A stretch of DNA of 63,998 nucleotides, filler included, from Welwitschia mirabilis (Eukaryota): NCBI GenBank assembly GCA_051453625.1. It is 3 parts of one record of this genome, joined end to end, with 100 filler letters (N's around TTAATTAATTAA, not from the genome) between each part and the next. Parts side by side here need not be neighbours in the genome. Positions count along the whole stretch, not along the records: positions 1 to 31,247 come from JBOZIK010000001.1; positions 31,348 to 61,915 come from JBOZIK010000001.1; 1 more part is not named here. The stretch is one strand, 5' to 3'. The position numbers and the translations under genes are program-made. Position 1 is the stretch's first letter, and every line of letters starts with the position of its first letter. Shown one piece after another: positions 23,317 to 37,757 of this stretch. The notes beneath the pieces are model-generated. The model searched no databases and was not told where the DNA came from. It saw nothing but the letters and a program-made list of their open reading frames with translations.

Positions 23317-26300
23317 AATCTTGAACGATTCTATAAAGTTATATTATTGATTACTATCTTCTATTTTTATTTTCTAACTTATTTTCATAAATTAATGTTT
23401 TAAAAAATTATGTAAAATTAAGAAAATTATTTTTTTTGAATTTTTATGATTCTAACAAGATCATAGTCTTAGAAAAAAATCTCATGGACTTTTATTAATA
23501 TTTAATAAGCTATAATATTTTTAAATTATGGTTCCATTTTGCAAAACATAAACTTTTGCTATGTAAATAAGGTGAAAATCCATAAATAAATTTGCAATAA
23601 TCATATTCAATAAAATTATAAAACTCAATCTCAATAGTTTGGAAAAATAGAAAAGAAATATTAAAAAAAAGGACAACACCAACCAAGAAAAATAATGCAT
23701 GAAAGTCATTCAAATGTAATAATTCAAATGATCCTTAGGATTTCATATGAAGGATTATCTAAGAATTAATAAATTTAAAGATTAGATAATATTACCCTAA
23801 AAAGAAGATTCCAATGTATATGTTATGTAAAAGAAACAATAAGAAACATGAGTACCTAAGCACTAAAATGGACCCTTTGTCATTTAACCAATTAATTCCA
23901 TTGGTAAACATCATCAATTAAGCATGTAAAGAGCTTCTCAAAATATCCTCCTCATCTTGATTTGACCCTAATGGGAGGGATAATTATAATAAAATAAATA
24001 CTATAATAAGAACACAAAATGACCTAACAAAAGATGGAAGGGAATATTTTATTACGTAATTAATTTTTCTATTAAAAAAAGAAAAAAGACAACATAAGAA
24101 TCAAATAAATTAAAAATAAATAAAATGTTGAATGCTAGGTGACTACTATTTCATGGTGAGTTGATGAAGATCTAATAAAGGCCTAAGCTCCAATATCCTT
24201 AGCTTTAAACTCTAAACTCTAAATCTACACTTAAAAGCAAGAAGATGAGAAAAGAAGAATATGAAGAGAATAACAACGAATGTTGATCACACATAATTGC
24301 ATGAAATTAGTAATTTTACAAGAGAAAGAAGGGATTTATTTATAGGTAAATGAAAGACTGAAGGTTCTTGATCCAAGTCATCAAAAGTTATTCATATAAC
24401 TTTCCCATAAGATAATATGAACATATTAAATTGGATAAAATTGATCATTCACAAGTTGGATGGATTCAATCATAAATGACATCAATGTGTTATAGGATAT
24501 ATTGATAGGTTAATTCAATGATAAGGAGAGATGATATTTATAACACACATATTTATCTAGGGCAAGTAATTTTCTTACTTTAGTTAGTAGGTTAATTAGG
24601 TACTTCATTTTCTCATCCTAATTTATTCTTAATCCTTTATAGGCTTGTAATCATATTTAAGTAATCTAAAACATGCATTAAACAATGTGTAATAGACATT
24701 AAAAGAATAAATCTTTTTTAATGCATAAAATTCGAAATTACTATGTGTTACAGGGAGAAGGAGATGAGTTTCTTCAAGTCTAATGAATAATAAAAATAAA
24801 TATTTTACGAATTCAATAATTTTATAAACATTAAGAAAGATAAAAGTCATGGTAGAGTAAAATCTCCTTTTTGACCCTTCTCAGTTTATGAATAAAAGTG
24901 ATGTACTTATGCACATGCTTATTAATTTAAACATTTATCATAGCCATTAACATAAAACATAGAAGAGAAAAAGTTCAACTTGAGTGTGGAACACTCAATA
25001 TTTACTTGCTTCTTTTACCAACTATAGTAATCATTTCCTTTTATAAAGTATTTTCACTTTTAGATTTGGATAAGATACATAAATAAATGGGTAAAATAAA
25101 GATGTAACATGCCATTAATATAGATATTTTATTATATTTTATAACCTCTTTTCAATTTTCAATTTAATAATTTCATCATGTCTGTTAGATGCTTTTATAA
25201 AAAAATGATAGAATTTTTTATTTTAACTTTTTATTAGATTTTATTCATCAATTCCTTTTTTCATGAACTACGAAATACATTTTTTTAAAAGAACAATTAT
25301 TATTATTATTATGGTTAATTATGATTAATCAAAAAAATACCAAACTTAGGTAACTTACCAAAAACAAAAGTTGATTACACAAATAGATTGTAAAAATACC
25401 TAATGACTAAAATCAAGCATACACACATCCTTTACATCATTTTCAATGACAAACTAAAAGCACCCTTGCTTATAAAAACCAACAATATGTGTCACTATAT
25501 CTTTGATTGAAGAAATGTTTTAGATTAAAGACTAAATGCTAAATGCATCATATGAGACTATGAGATATTAAAGCATCTAATGTTTCAGTAATTAAAGGTT
25601 TACAAAATGCGATATATAACAATTAGCTATGAATTTCCAACAACTATTGCCATGTGATATTTGGGAGTTTAATTTTGGTTCTTAGACTTTTAACATTGGG
25701 ATATCCTGCCTATGTGGGCTCGTAACATCTAAGCATATTAGCATTTGACATCATATGACATCTAGGATTTTGATGTTTAAGCTTATGATGTATTTGATAA
25801 ATGGACATGTCATTGTTAACATATGATAGTTGTAAAAGTCTATAACTATAAACCATGTTTGTTTAGAATAAAATGGATACATTTATACAATTCATGATCT
25901 AATTCACATCATGCTGTCTTCTCCAATTTGTCTAACAATCCTAGGATCAATCTACAAGAAATGTTGATGTAGGGAAATAAGATTTTGTTTACTTGGATAG
26001 TTCAAGTTAACAATAATAAATTAAATAAAATTTATGATTTAATAAGGTAACATTAGTAGTAATGATATAAATTATATCATAGGAGAACGAGACAAATAAT
26101 TATTTTCCCTTCAATTAAAGTGAAAAATTCAAAAATAAAAGACAATTAAATAAAAGTATTTTTTAACATAAAAGAACCTATTTAAACACTTCAAGAATGA
26201 CTAAGAAGAAAATCTTAATCATTTGTCCTTACTAATAATAAAATATCAACTAGTGAAAACATATATGATTAAATAGTATTATGGTAAGATTTGGTAGTAT

Positions 26301-28385
26301 GAATCACTTATGTTCCATGAAAATATTTAAAATATTAAGTAAAAATGTAAATTACATACTAGATTTTAGTCTTTTTTGATAATAATCTCATGTATGAGGC
26401 AAAATTATTAAATTTCATAACATCTATAAAACATATGACATGACTTGTATAACTAAAGTTCAAAATTTTTAGTACTCCATGAACTTGGTAGAGTAGTCTT
26501 GTAAAAAGTAGACATAACTAATTCCTAAAAGTTAGAAGGAATTATTTTAAGTGCTACGATAAGTTATATAATACTAATAGTTCACATGTAAACCTTATGT
26601 GATTATGAGTTTTTTCCTTGGAAAAAGCATTGAAAAATTAAGATAAATTAAACTTGCAAAACATTTTAGACTAAAAATGAGGATTTTAATGTGTATAAAC
26701 ATGATGGATAACAACATTAATCCCATACTTTGATGAAGTATTAAAAAAGGTAGTAACTATTATTGGATTACTAATATTTAAGAGAAGGTCCAATTAGGAT
26801 GATGATTAAAGATAAGGATGTCACTAAGTCATAGCCATGATTATTATAACAATATTACATAAGAGGCTACATAATTTATCTATTCCTAAAGAGTCTAGTT
26901 GTACACAACTAAAATATATAAATGATGAGATCTAAAGTGAATATGATAACAAAGTCATGAAAAATGATGAGATTTAAAGTAGTATAGTTAGGGTCTTATA
27001 TGTCTTAACACATTAATATCTCTTAATTAGTGTAGTATTTAAGATATAAACTCCATAATATAATTAGTTGAATTTCATGTTTTGGTATGATAAAATTTAA
27101 GAACTAGGTATATTATTCTTGATCTACCATACAAATTAATTAAGCAACGTAATTGCAACATTTGATTCTTTAATATAAATATTTAGACACATTATAAATT
27201 AGACATATTGAATAAAATTTTTAAAAGTAATCTAATATTTTTATGGTATATGTTTTTAAAATTTGATTAATCTTCTTTTTTTTTCCCTTTTTTTAAATTG
27301 ATGAAAGATTTATGTCCTTGTTTTTCATAATATAGGTTTGTATGTTAAACCATATTAAGAAAAAGAGGGAAAATTGCTAATTAATGTAAAAATACTTTTG
27401 CATAATGACTCAATAAAAATTGATAGTAAAATGAGAATAGACTAGAACCGAAAGGAAGTCAAATGTCAAGTAAATATTTAAAAAATAAATTAAGAATCAC
27501 AAACAATGGATTTACTATTCAGTAACAGTAAGTAAAATTAAGGGACTTTAGAGCTCTTCAATTTATAAGAGTATTGAAGTAGTCACAACCCCAAATTTAA
27601 CTAGGATGTCGAAAGATGTGGCTTAAGTACTAGAGAAATGCATTTTGGAGCTCATACACAAAATTTTTAAAGGAAAATGTATTGCCAAGTATGTAAAAGT
27701 AGGATCTTTTTTCTTTTTTGTTTTTTTCACCCTTCTTGTAGGGGATGGGGGAAACTTATATTACTTAAGCTACTTGAATTACTGTCATAAAGCTATAAAA
27801 ATTATTTTAATTGAGTTTTAACTTAAGAATTTCATGCATTACATAATCATTATTAAATACAAGGAAGATTGGACAATATGTATAATTTCATTGTCTTCAT
27901 TTGATAAATAAAGCATTAAAAGAATTTAAAATCTAGTTTAAAATCGACTATTTTTACCCCTCTTTTTTAATATAAATTTTTTTTTTAGTGTGTTGTATTT
28001 CAAGGAAATGAAAAGATGGAAGGGTTTTATAGTGATGATAGTACATGGTCCATTTCTTTTGATGATAAAATGCAAAGTATTTATGTAGTAGCATCAAGTT
28101 AACTCACTGATGTAGACAACATGGATAGAGAAATTCTTGAATGAGGTAGACCATTGGTATGGGATGTAATTTGGAAGAAATTAAATTTAGCTATGTAAGG
28201 TAGGTTAAACAAGGAATGGTGTATTAATAAGGCAATTATTCTCTTTAAAAAAGGAGATATGAATGATCCAAATAACTCTAGGTTAATTGTAATTAATAAT
28301 TATTTTTTCAAGCTTTTGGGCACTATTTTAGATTCTATGATTGGAAGATAAGCTAAAGAAAATAAGGTTGATGATAATACTATTC

Positions 28386-31247
28386 TGTTGCTAATTTAAC
28401 ATCAAGAAAGTACTGAAACAAAATGGAACAGTAAGCAAACAAGAAACAACACCACAAAATTAATGTGATTTGGGCTCTTTTTACCCTATGTCCACAAGAA
28501 GCAATGCAGAGTTCTATTAATTGATTAGGAGTGAATGTATCTAAGTGTAATAAACAACCCTTTAATAGGTTTATATAGCCTTAGGGTTAGGGTTACAAGC
28601 CAATCCCCTTTTACAACTTTAAATAGGGNNNNNNNNNNNNNNNNNNNNNNNNNNNNNNNNNNNNNNNNNNNNNNNNNNNNNNNNNNNNNNNNNNNNNNNN
28701 NGACAAATTTCCCATGCCTTCAAGATTAGCTCCTTATGAAACTCAAGAGATGCAATGCTTTCCAATGCCTCCAAATCAACAACCCTGAAGCCCAACGCCT
28801 TCCATGTAGGTGTAATGCTTACAACTGTTTACTACCTTTGTGAGAAAATCAGCAAGATTATTTTCTATTTTGACTTTAATAATATGGGCTATCTCCTTCT
28901 CCACCACATCCCAAATGAAGTGATACCGCATGTCAATATGCTTTGTTCAAGCATGAAATGTAGCATTCTTAGCCAAGTGAATATCACTCTAGCTAGCATA
29001 ATAAATAAAGTACTTATTTTAAGAAAGGCCCCATGCGTCTCAACCAATCATCTCGTTGGTTTTCTTAGTCAAAGCAATATACTCAGCCTTTATAGTGGAT
29101 AAAGTTATATTACTTTGAAGACATAACATTCAACTGACCACTCCACCTCCAAGTGTAAATACATAACCTATAGTAGATTTCCTAGTATCCCTATAACCTG
29201 TAAAATTTTCATCAGAGTAACTAATAACCTCTAAGCTAGAACCACCAAAGCACAAAGAATAATCCTGAGTGCTTTTCAAATATCGTAAATCCACTTGACT
29301 GCTTTTTAGTGTATCCTTCGAGGATTATTCATGGACCTAGAAAAAACTCCCATTACCTGAACGAGATTTGGCCTAGTGCAAACCATGGCATACATGAGAC
29401 TACCAAATACATAAGTATAAAGAATATCAACCATTCATTTCTTCTTGCAACTAAAAATAGGTAAGTATTCTTTTGGTAGTTTAAAGTGTCCTGCTAATGG
29501 AATAGAAATAAGAGAATAGTCAGCCATGTTGGACCTTTTTAAGAACTTACAAACACAAGCAGATTGACTTATCCACAATTTCCCACCTTTTATGTCTTGC
29601 TCAATCCTGATTTCAAGGATTTGTTTTGTCTGCCTAAGATCTTTTATTTCAAACTTATTTACCATATTTGATTTCAATTTCTGTATTTCATGTAAATCAT
29701 TCCTAGCAATCAACATATCATCTACATATAATAACAGAATGATAATCTTACTGGTGGTTCTCATCAAATAAATACATTGATCTACTTTGCATCTTTCATA
29801 TTCCTATTCCATCATGAAGGTATCGAATTTCTTGTACCATTGCCTAGATGCCTATTTTAGGTCATATAAACTTATCTTCAACCTACATACCAAGTTCTTA
29901 TCATATTAAAAACCTTCTAGCTATTTCTTATAAATTTTTAATTACAAATCATCATGTAAAAATATAGTTTTAATATTCAGTTATTCCAATTCTAAATACA
30001 TGAAGGCTAAGATAGCTAAAATGATACGAAGGGAGGTATGTTTAACAATAGGAAAGAAAATTTTATTGAAATTAATACCTTTCTTCTATGCAAAACCCTT
30101 CATTACCATTCTGGCCCTGTAACGTTTTACTCTATTAGCTTCTTATTTCAACCTATAGATCCACTTGTTTTTCAATGCCCTTTTCCTCGGTGACAAGGGA
30201 ATTAGCTTTCAAGTATGAGCTTGCTCAAAGGACTCCATTTCCTCATTGATATCCTCCATCCATTTACTAGCAACAAGATTGCAAATGGTTTCCTGAAATA
30301 ACTCTGGTTTTCTCACATCTATATAAAGAATATAATTCAATGATGGAGAGTACCTGGTAGGTGGTCTGATGGACTTGGTAAAATGCCTAACCTAATGATC
30401 TAGTATTTGAAATTTCTCTACATTTTGTTCAGGTTCAAGTTCGATTTTAGGAACATTTTCATGTTCCACTTCTTCATCTTCCTCATTAGAGGAGTTACAT
30501 TGAGAACCATCTTCAATCATGTGATGAGTTCTAAACTGATTTGAAATGCTTATAGGTTTCAGAAGGGTGCTAGGATCAGATATTTCTTTATTCTTAATCC
30601 TTTTATGTGATTTAAAATACATTATTTCTTCATTAAAAACCATATCACGTGATCTAAATACCTTCTTTTCCATAGGATCCAATAGCTTATAACAAGGATC
30701 ATTACCACTGTAACCCAAAAACACACATTTTTTAGCCCTTTCTCTAAGCTTTGAAGCAGTTTGTTGATAAGCATAGGCTTCACATCCAATCATCCTAAGG
30801 TGAGAGTAAGAAACAAAACTCCCACTGCATCAACATTCTGGTACCTATCCATCAATTCCATTATGTGGACATCTATTCAACAAATATGTAATGGTACTTC
30901 TAATTTCAGTCCAAAACTATTTGGGTAGACTAGAATGTGTGAGAAAAACTCTCACTCTTTTCAAAACGATCCTGTTTTACCTTTCAACAACTCCATTTTG
31001 TTGTGGAGTTCTAGGCACAGTTCTCTAATAAATAATTCTAGCGTCCCTACAAAAATTCTCAAACTTCTTAGAAGTAAACTCACCTCCATTATTTATCATT
31101 AATTATTTAATTTTATAGCCAGTTTCATTCTTAACTCTGGACTAAAAAATTTTAAATGCCTGAAAAGCTTCATATTTTAATTTTAAAGGATATAGCCAGC
31201 TTTCTAGAAAAATCTTCAACAAAAGTAATGCTATATATAGTACCTCC
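28386..31247 (-). mobile_element. Degenerate Ty1/Copia element: integrase, RT, RNase H and 3' LTR; cut by the scaffold end
   Basis: KKCVFLGY, RSRDMVFNE (post-integrase), LLLYVDDMLI (RT), TKHIDMRYHFI and NLADFLTK (RNase H); LTR-like sequence terminates in CAACA (TGTTG on + at 28386). Confidence 0.92.
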
Positions 31248-31347
31248 NNNNNNNNNNNNNNNNNNNNNNNNNNNNNNNNNNNNNNNNNNNNTTAATTAAT
31301 TAANNNNNNNNNNNNNNNNNNNNNNNNNNNNNNNNNNNNNNNNNNNN
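31248..31347. other. Artificial scaffold spacer (44 N + TTAATTAATTAA + 44 N)
   Basis: Exactly 100 bp with a six-frame-stop 12-mer at 31292-31303; identical design at 61916-62015. Confidence 0.95.
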
Positions 31348-31409
31348 TTTCAGGTGTCTTCTACAACATGAAATAAATTAAATTAAGACGTAAATATAAA
31401 AAAATTACC

Positions 31410-31507
31410 ATGGCACATTCTTTGGTGGAGTATGCTACCAGTGATATTCTGATGGGCCTGACTGGGCTATGAATACTGAGATCTACGACGTCGTCAGCAG
31501 AGATCCA
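31410..31507 (+). pseudogene. TOM1-like (TOL) VHS-domain first-exon fragment with a 1-bp frameshift
   Basis: MAHSLVEYATSDILMG / PDWAMNTEIYDVVSRDP versus the plant TOL N-terminus M...VERATSDMLIGPDWAMN.EICD..N.DP; no GT donor or later exons seen. Confidence 0.8.
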
Positions 31508-33039
31508 AGCAGCCTAAAAAAACGGAGGAAAGGTGGTCTGTGAGAGAGTTCTTGGGGCTGACCAGCTTGGAAAAGACTTTGCAGAATTGGAGATCCTGTT
31601 GACTGACGTAGAATCTATTTACTGAAGCTTTCATTTATATGAATAGAGGCAAGGGCATACGCAGAGGAAAAATATTGATGCTGAAACACCTGATAAGCGA
31701 ATTGGATTGCCTGAAAAGCTGCAATAATCATTTTCAAGGAGGAGGAATACGTAGCTCCCATGGAGGCGCGCTTTAACAACGATAATACTTCACTCCAGAT
31801 TTCAGCAATGACTATGACAGAAGCCAAGAACCACTGTGGAAGATATCAGGTGCGAAAGGCCCTGCAATCTGCTTGAAAAGGGGATCAGCACCATAAAAAG
31901 AGAGATTACCAGAGGGTGAGGACAAAAAAGCTGAGACGCTCATGCAATGGCGCATCACAGTGAAAAACACACAACAGAGTAGCGAGGAAAGGTGGATTAG
32001 AAGCAAAGCCAAAAATCAATCAAAAAAAAAAAAAAAAAACATCAAGAGGAGAGTATTCTCCGAATCGATAGTAGAGGAATCGAAGAGATGCGGGGATGAA
32101 AGCTTCAATTACCTCTTCAGAAATTTAGTATGGGTCATGGTTGCAATACTTTCTTTGTATAGAATTTTAAAAGTGAATTGATTTTTTAGATTTTTATTCA
32201 TTTTTTTAAACATATTTACAGTTGAAATTTCTCTTTCATACCTTTGTTATTATGAATTTCTATGAACTCGAAGCACTATATTTGTCTAAGTTGTTATGGG
32301 TGGTTAGTTTATCCATTATATAGAATGCATACAAGCCTGGATGCCTTCATTGCCCTACTCAAAAACCTGAAATACAAACTAGAAGCATTAATCGTGAACA
32401 TTTGTTTGCAGAAGATTTAATTTGAAGTGACGATTCCGTTTTTGAATATTCAAACAAGAAATTTCATTTGCTTAAAGATTAATATAAGATCTTAGTTTTT
32501 GAGTGATTGCCTTTTAACAATTTCTCTCTTGCTGTTAGGTTCTGTTTCAATATTCAATTTGAAAATGCATTGGATATTAATAGTTTGTAACATGATATGT
32601 TGTATTTTCTTGAGTAAAAGAACTGTATTTATTTGTCAATTGTATTATTAGGCCAAATATCTTACTAGACAATTAGCTATTAGACTACAATCTAAATTAT
32701 AAGTTTGATTTTCAAAAACATATTTTAACTCCTTAGAGCCTTTCTAGGAAATAGAAAATTACCAAGCATTAGAATATTATTTGAATTTTGGAAATTTAGC
32801 CATAAATTATGTTTGATCTCTCTTCCACCTTCATGCACAATAAAAGTTTAGGTTAGATCTTTAGAAATGACCAAACTTTTATCAACATAATCATCGACTT
32901 CTATAAGATTTAAACCAATAAGACATAAAGAAACATAAATTATATTAACAAATTTAGTCCTTTAGAACACATTTTGTCTCAATACATTACCCTCATAGTT
33001 TTTGAATACTATGAATGATTTAAAATTAATAAAGTTGTG

Positions 33040-34290
33040 AATACATTGAATGTTGTAAAAAAATTCCATAATAGTTACTACATAATCCCTTCTAAAGGAG
33101 GTTACTCAAGTTTTCTAAAAACATATAAGAAAATATCCTAAACCTTTTAGTAGAAGGATATAAAGAAGGATATTAAGAGCATGTGATAATTTGTAATGTT
33201 TATCAAAGAAATAAAAAAAAAATATTACCCCTCACATCCTTCTCTAGCCTCTAGTCATTTCAAAAGGGGTATGAAAAGATATCTTCATGAACGTAATTGA
33301 GGGATTACTACCTTTCAATGGGAAAGATTCCATTGTGATAGTTATTGATTGACTCTTTGAATATGTCCATTTCATTTCTATTACCCATTCTTTTAATATT
33401 TCTTTGATTTCTCAATTATTTATGAAGCATGTATTTAAGTTATATACTATACCTAACTTCATTATCAGTGATAGAGATAAGGTGTTTAGAAGTTATTCCA
33501 TTTATAAGGAACCAACCTATGCATGAGTTAACCATTGTCTTAAAAACATATTTTCAATGCTTTACTAGTCATAAGCTTAAGGAATGAACTAAATGACTTT
33601 CATGGGAAGAATGATAGTACAACATCAATTTTAACAGCTCTAGAAGAATGACTTATTATGAAGTTATTCATGGCAAAATACCATCTATAGTACTCTCTTA
33701 TATTGGAGGACCTACTAATGTTGATTAGGCTAATAAGAAATTAAAGGACCAAGACTAAGTGCTTCAAGTTTTTTAAGAAAACTTGGAAGCTACTCAAGCC
33801 AGAATGAAGTTTCAAGTAGAAACACATAGAATAGAGTAATATTTTAAAGTGGAAGATAGGGTTTAGTTCTTGCTACATCCTTACTGGCAAGCTATAATTA
33901 TTGTTCATAGTAATATGAAGCTCTTTACTTATTTCTATGACCTTATAAGATTCTTTAGAATATTGGTTCATTTAATTATAGGTTTAATTTAGCCACTAGA
34001 TTAAAGTTTCATACTATTTTTGATGTATCCAATTTAAAGAATAAGATTGATCATGATGCAATATCTTCCAATCAACTACCAGGCTTCTCTAAAGATGGTT
34101 AGCTCTAGATGAATCCTATAGCTATCTTAAATAGAAATATGATGAAGAAACATAATCAACTAGTAATAATGGTATCAGTATAATGATCAAATTATCCTCC
34201 TAAGGATGCCACATGGAAATACCTTTACAAGCTCAAAGAAAAGTTTATAGATTTTCAACCAAGAGGATAAGGTTATTCCAAAGTAGGGTG
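33040..34290 (+). mobile_element. Degenerate Ty3/Gypsy chromovirus integrase and chromodomain, followed by PPT and LTR start
   Basis: GGYSSFLKTYKKI (GGHSG-like), IEGLLPFNGKDSIVIVID, chromodomain V**SNYPPKDATWKY; purine tract AAGTAGGGTGAAA then TG at 34294. Confidence 0.85.
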
Positions 34291-37200
34291 AAATGTTTTA
34301 GCCCTACTATAGTAGTCTTATGTAACATCTATATTTTAAAGAAATGCCTATCTTTATTGTGAAATCTTCTTTATTGTAACATCTATCTCTTAAATATCCT
34401 TTTTATAACTTCTATCTTTAGTATAGTGTCTTGGAATAACTTGTGTCTTATAAATATGTGGCTTATGTATTGCTTAGAATTAAATAAAGACTTGAATTCT
34501 TGTATTTGAAGGTTATATGCCCTCAAAGTAATTAATAAAGGCTAATAACCTTTAAACTGATTAATGGAAGCTTGACCCCTTCAAAGTGGTCACTCTTCTT
34601 TCAATTTCTATGTTTTTTTTTACATTATTACAAGAGGGTTCATAACATGATTTTTCATCATTAGTTGAAATCTTTAACATTTTATTAAATAATAATTTTA
34701 GTAGAAACATTGCAGGCATAGGCCTTTTTAAGAGCATAAAGAAAGAAAATTTATGTGACTCCTATTTTTTTAACAACATTACATATCTAAGAAATTTATC
34801 TTTTAATTTAGTTTAAGACAAACACAAACAGGATGTTTTACTTACCCTTACACATTCCTAAGGACCTATAAGGCCTACCTTATAACTCTACCAAAAACAG
34901 ATTCTTGGACTCTAGTTGTACAAATAAAAATCTAAAAAAAAGCCTATTGACAAATCTACAAAGTAGAATCTATCCAAGGTTAGTAGTTAGGTCATACCTT
35001 AGCTAGATGTAATACTAATTGAAGTATTTAAGTTCCCTAAAGAACAAATTAGATCCTAAACAGGGAGAAATTCCTAAGGAGCACACAGAATTAATAATTA
35101 AAGAAGACCAATGAATTCATTATTTCTTCTATAATTTATACATCAAATATATCTGAAAATAGGAAAGGGAAGGAAACATTAGTCAAGAAAATATGGGTGA
35201 GTAGATAAAATAGGACATATAAGGATGTGACAAGAGAAATTATGAATGGTGGATTTGACTAAAAATGAAATAAGAATAAGATGTATAAGATATACATTAA
35301 AATTACAAGGGTAAAAGTATATTGTTCAAAAAAGTCCCAATAATTTTGGAGTTTTTTTAGATCTCATCAGATTGAGACATTAGAATAAAATAAATATTAT
35401 TACCTAATGATATTTACTTAGCTCATCTTAAAGGAGTTGAATGACAAAAATATCTTCTATTAAATAGGTCTTTGACAAGTGGTAGTTCTTTTATACATGA
35501 TCTCAATATGAGCTTTTGAAGGGCCTTTAAGTTTCACTTTGAAGGAATCCTTTAAGGTAGAGGAAGTCTTTTAAGATCTTTTATTGCACAGTACTTTGTC
35601 TATAAAGAGCTCAAGTTGAAGATCTCAAAGAAACATTCTTTATGATCTTTTCATCTTCTTGAAATAATGAAAGTCTTAAAAATCTACAACAGTAACTCAA
35701 TTCAAGTTTAGTCAGGGGAATGATTACTCTTAAGTATGCATAAAGATATCTTTATAATTATTTATTAATGAAACCTATAATCATGCATGCTAGAAAAGGG
35801 GGAAAAATCCTAAATTAGTAAAGCAAATAGATGAATATTAGAAAAGTTAATTCATTGAAGAAGAGAAATAGAGATTATATTTTTGGTATTTTTCCATTAA
35901 GAATAGAAAAAAAAATACAAAATGCAAATGATGAATGCAATGAAGTTGCTTATGCAACAAAATGAAAATATGCTTATCTAAATATAATTTAATTATCAAA
36001 TGTACTAGGTTTTTACATCCAAGCTGGCCCTTATGCATGAGGACAATAAGCTTTTGAAGTAGTCACACATTACTGCTAAATATTATTACAAGGATTTGAT
36101 GTGAATATTTAGAACCATTTACCATTGCAAATTTATTAATTCTAAAGCACCACATTGTAAATATTTCATGCTAGAATTAGATAATGCTAGATATAAAAGA
36201 AAAATTATAGAGAATGACCAAAAATTATAGTAAATTCCAAAAGAAATGTAGAACATGTTAAAGAAATTGAAAAAGGAAACCACACAAAAAATACTAATAT
36301 GTTAAAAAATAATGAAATAAGAAAATAAAACACTTAAAAAATTAGAAAAAAAGAGAAATTTAAAAAATAATATTCTTTAGTAGCCTCATTTTTACGAAAA
36401 ATACTACACCCTACATGGGATTACTGTAGTAGTTGTAAAGCCACTATAGCCACTTCCATAGGAGATATGACAGTTCATTGATTATTCTACATGAAGGTGA
36501 GGGTCCATATAAGGGCTTTTATGATGGAAGCTTCAACTACTTTTAGGGGAAAAAAAGGGGAAAATCTTCACATATAAATAAAATTCAAATTTTTGAATCA
36601 TTAAATGGTTATGAAAATTTAAAAAAAATGGAAATAAGTTAGGGAGGAAGTAAAAACTTTTCAATAAATTTAATAATTTGACATGTCAAAAAATGGTGCC
36701 TAGCCCTTCCATTATTTTTTTCAAAAAGTCAAATTTGTTTTTATAGACATGATGGTAGCAAATAGTAGTATTGTTTCCCTAAATGTTAGATTCTCATCCT
36801 AGTAGCTATAATACTTTACATGGTGGTTATTTTTTAGTGAAGATGAGAGGAAACCATCTTTCTTTCTAGCATGGATTTGGTGGTCTTTCTTCTTTTCCTT
36901 ATTTCTTTTTCAGTAAGGATGAAACCATACAGTATGGATTTGATGCCATGAAGATGATGAATGATGATGGTAGTATTAATTACACTCCTCTTAAGTTTCT
37001 TATAAAGGAAGATGCACATGACCACTGGCTACAAGATGTGCATGATGGTTAAATTAAAGCTATTGAAATAGATGATGATGTAGACATGGAGAACATTCCA
37101 AATAATTTGTAATAGAGTTTAAGTCAAGGAACTAACATACATTTGCAATCACATCATTTAGCTTTCTAGATGCTAGATATGTAGTTTGACAAATGTGTTA

Positions 37201-37319
37201 CACAATGCCAACATCATTCCTTTATCTCCATCATGCATTATGACTAGTTGCCTTTTGGAAGGCAAATTTATCTCTTGAATGACATGACTATAATGGATAA
37301 GGCAATTACATATATTTTC

Positions 37320-37700
37320 GAAGAATAACATAGGAAATCTTGTAGCCTTTCTAGTAGCAAAGGAAGCTCTTACCAAACATGGGGTATACATGATCAAATA
37401 CAATTAAAAAGGAAACCTAGTGAAGCATAAGACATATCTTATTATTGAGAAATACTTACAATAATATGGATTTAATTATAAAGATGTATTTTATTATATT
37501 ATAAGACTTGAAATAGTGTAACTTTTAATTTCCTATGCAACACAAGCAGAATGTAAGATTCATCAAATGAATGTATCATTTGCCTTTCTAAATAGGCACA
37601 TTTAGGAAGAGCTGTGTGTTTTTCAATTAGAAGAATTTGTTAATCATGAAGTTTTAAAGAATGTGTGCAAGTTAAAGAAAGCTCTATAAGATATTATGAG
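37320..37700 (+). mobile_element. Ty1/Copia reverse transcriptase fragment
   Basis: KIHQMNVSFAFLN and VCKLKKAL motifs with multiple stops. Confidence 0.8.
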
Positions 37701-37757
37701 AGCAGTGCATTTGTCTTTTTGTAAGATCAATTATTTCTTTCTATACATGGGTCTTAT

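Noticed and set aside
25800-26900. Possible DNA-transposon (MuDR-like) coding remnant
   Set aside because: Too degenerate; no continuous recognisable domain.
28581-28595. TTAGGGTTAGGGTTA telomere-like repeat
   Set aside because: Only 2.5 units inside a Copia LTR; not a telomeric array.
28755-29102. 115-aa plus-strand ORF
   Set aside because: Antisense to the Copia RNase H region.
31292-31303. Palindrome TTAATTAATTAA occurring twice in the window
   Set aside because: Artificial spacer centred in N runs, not biological.
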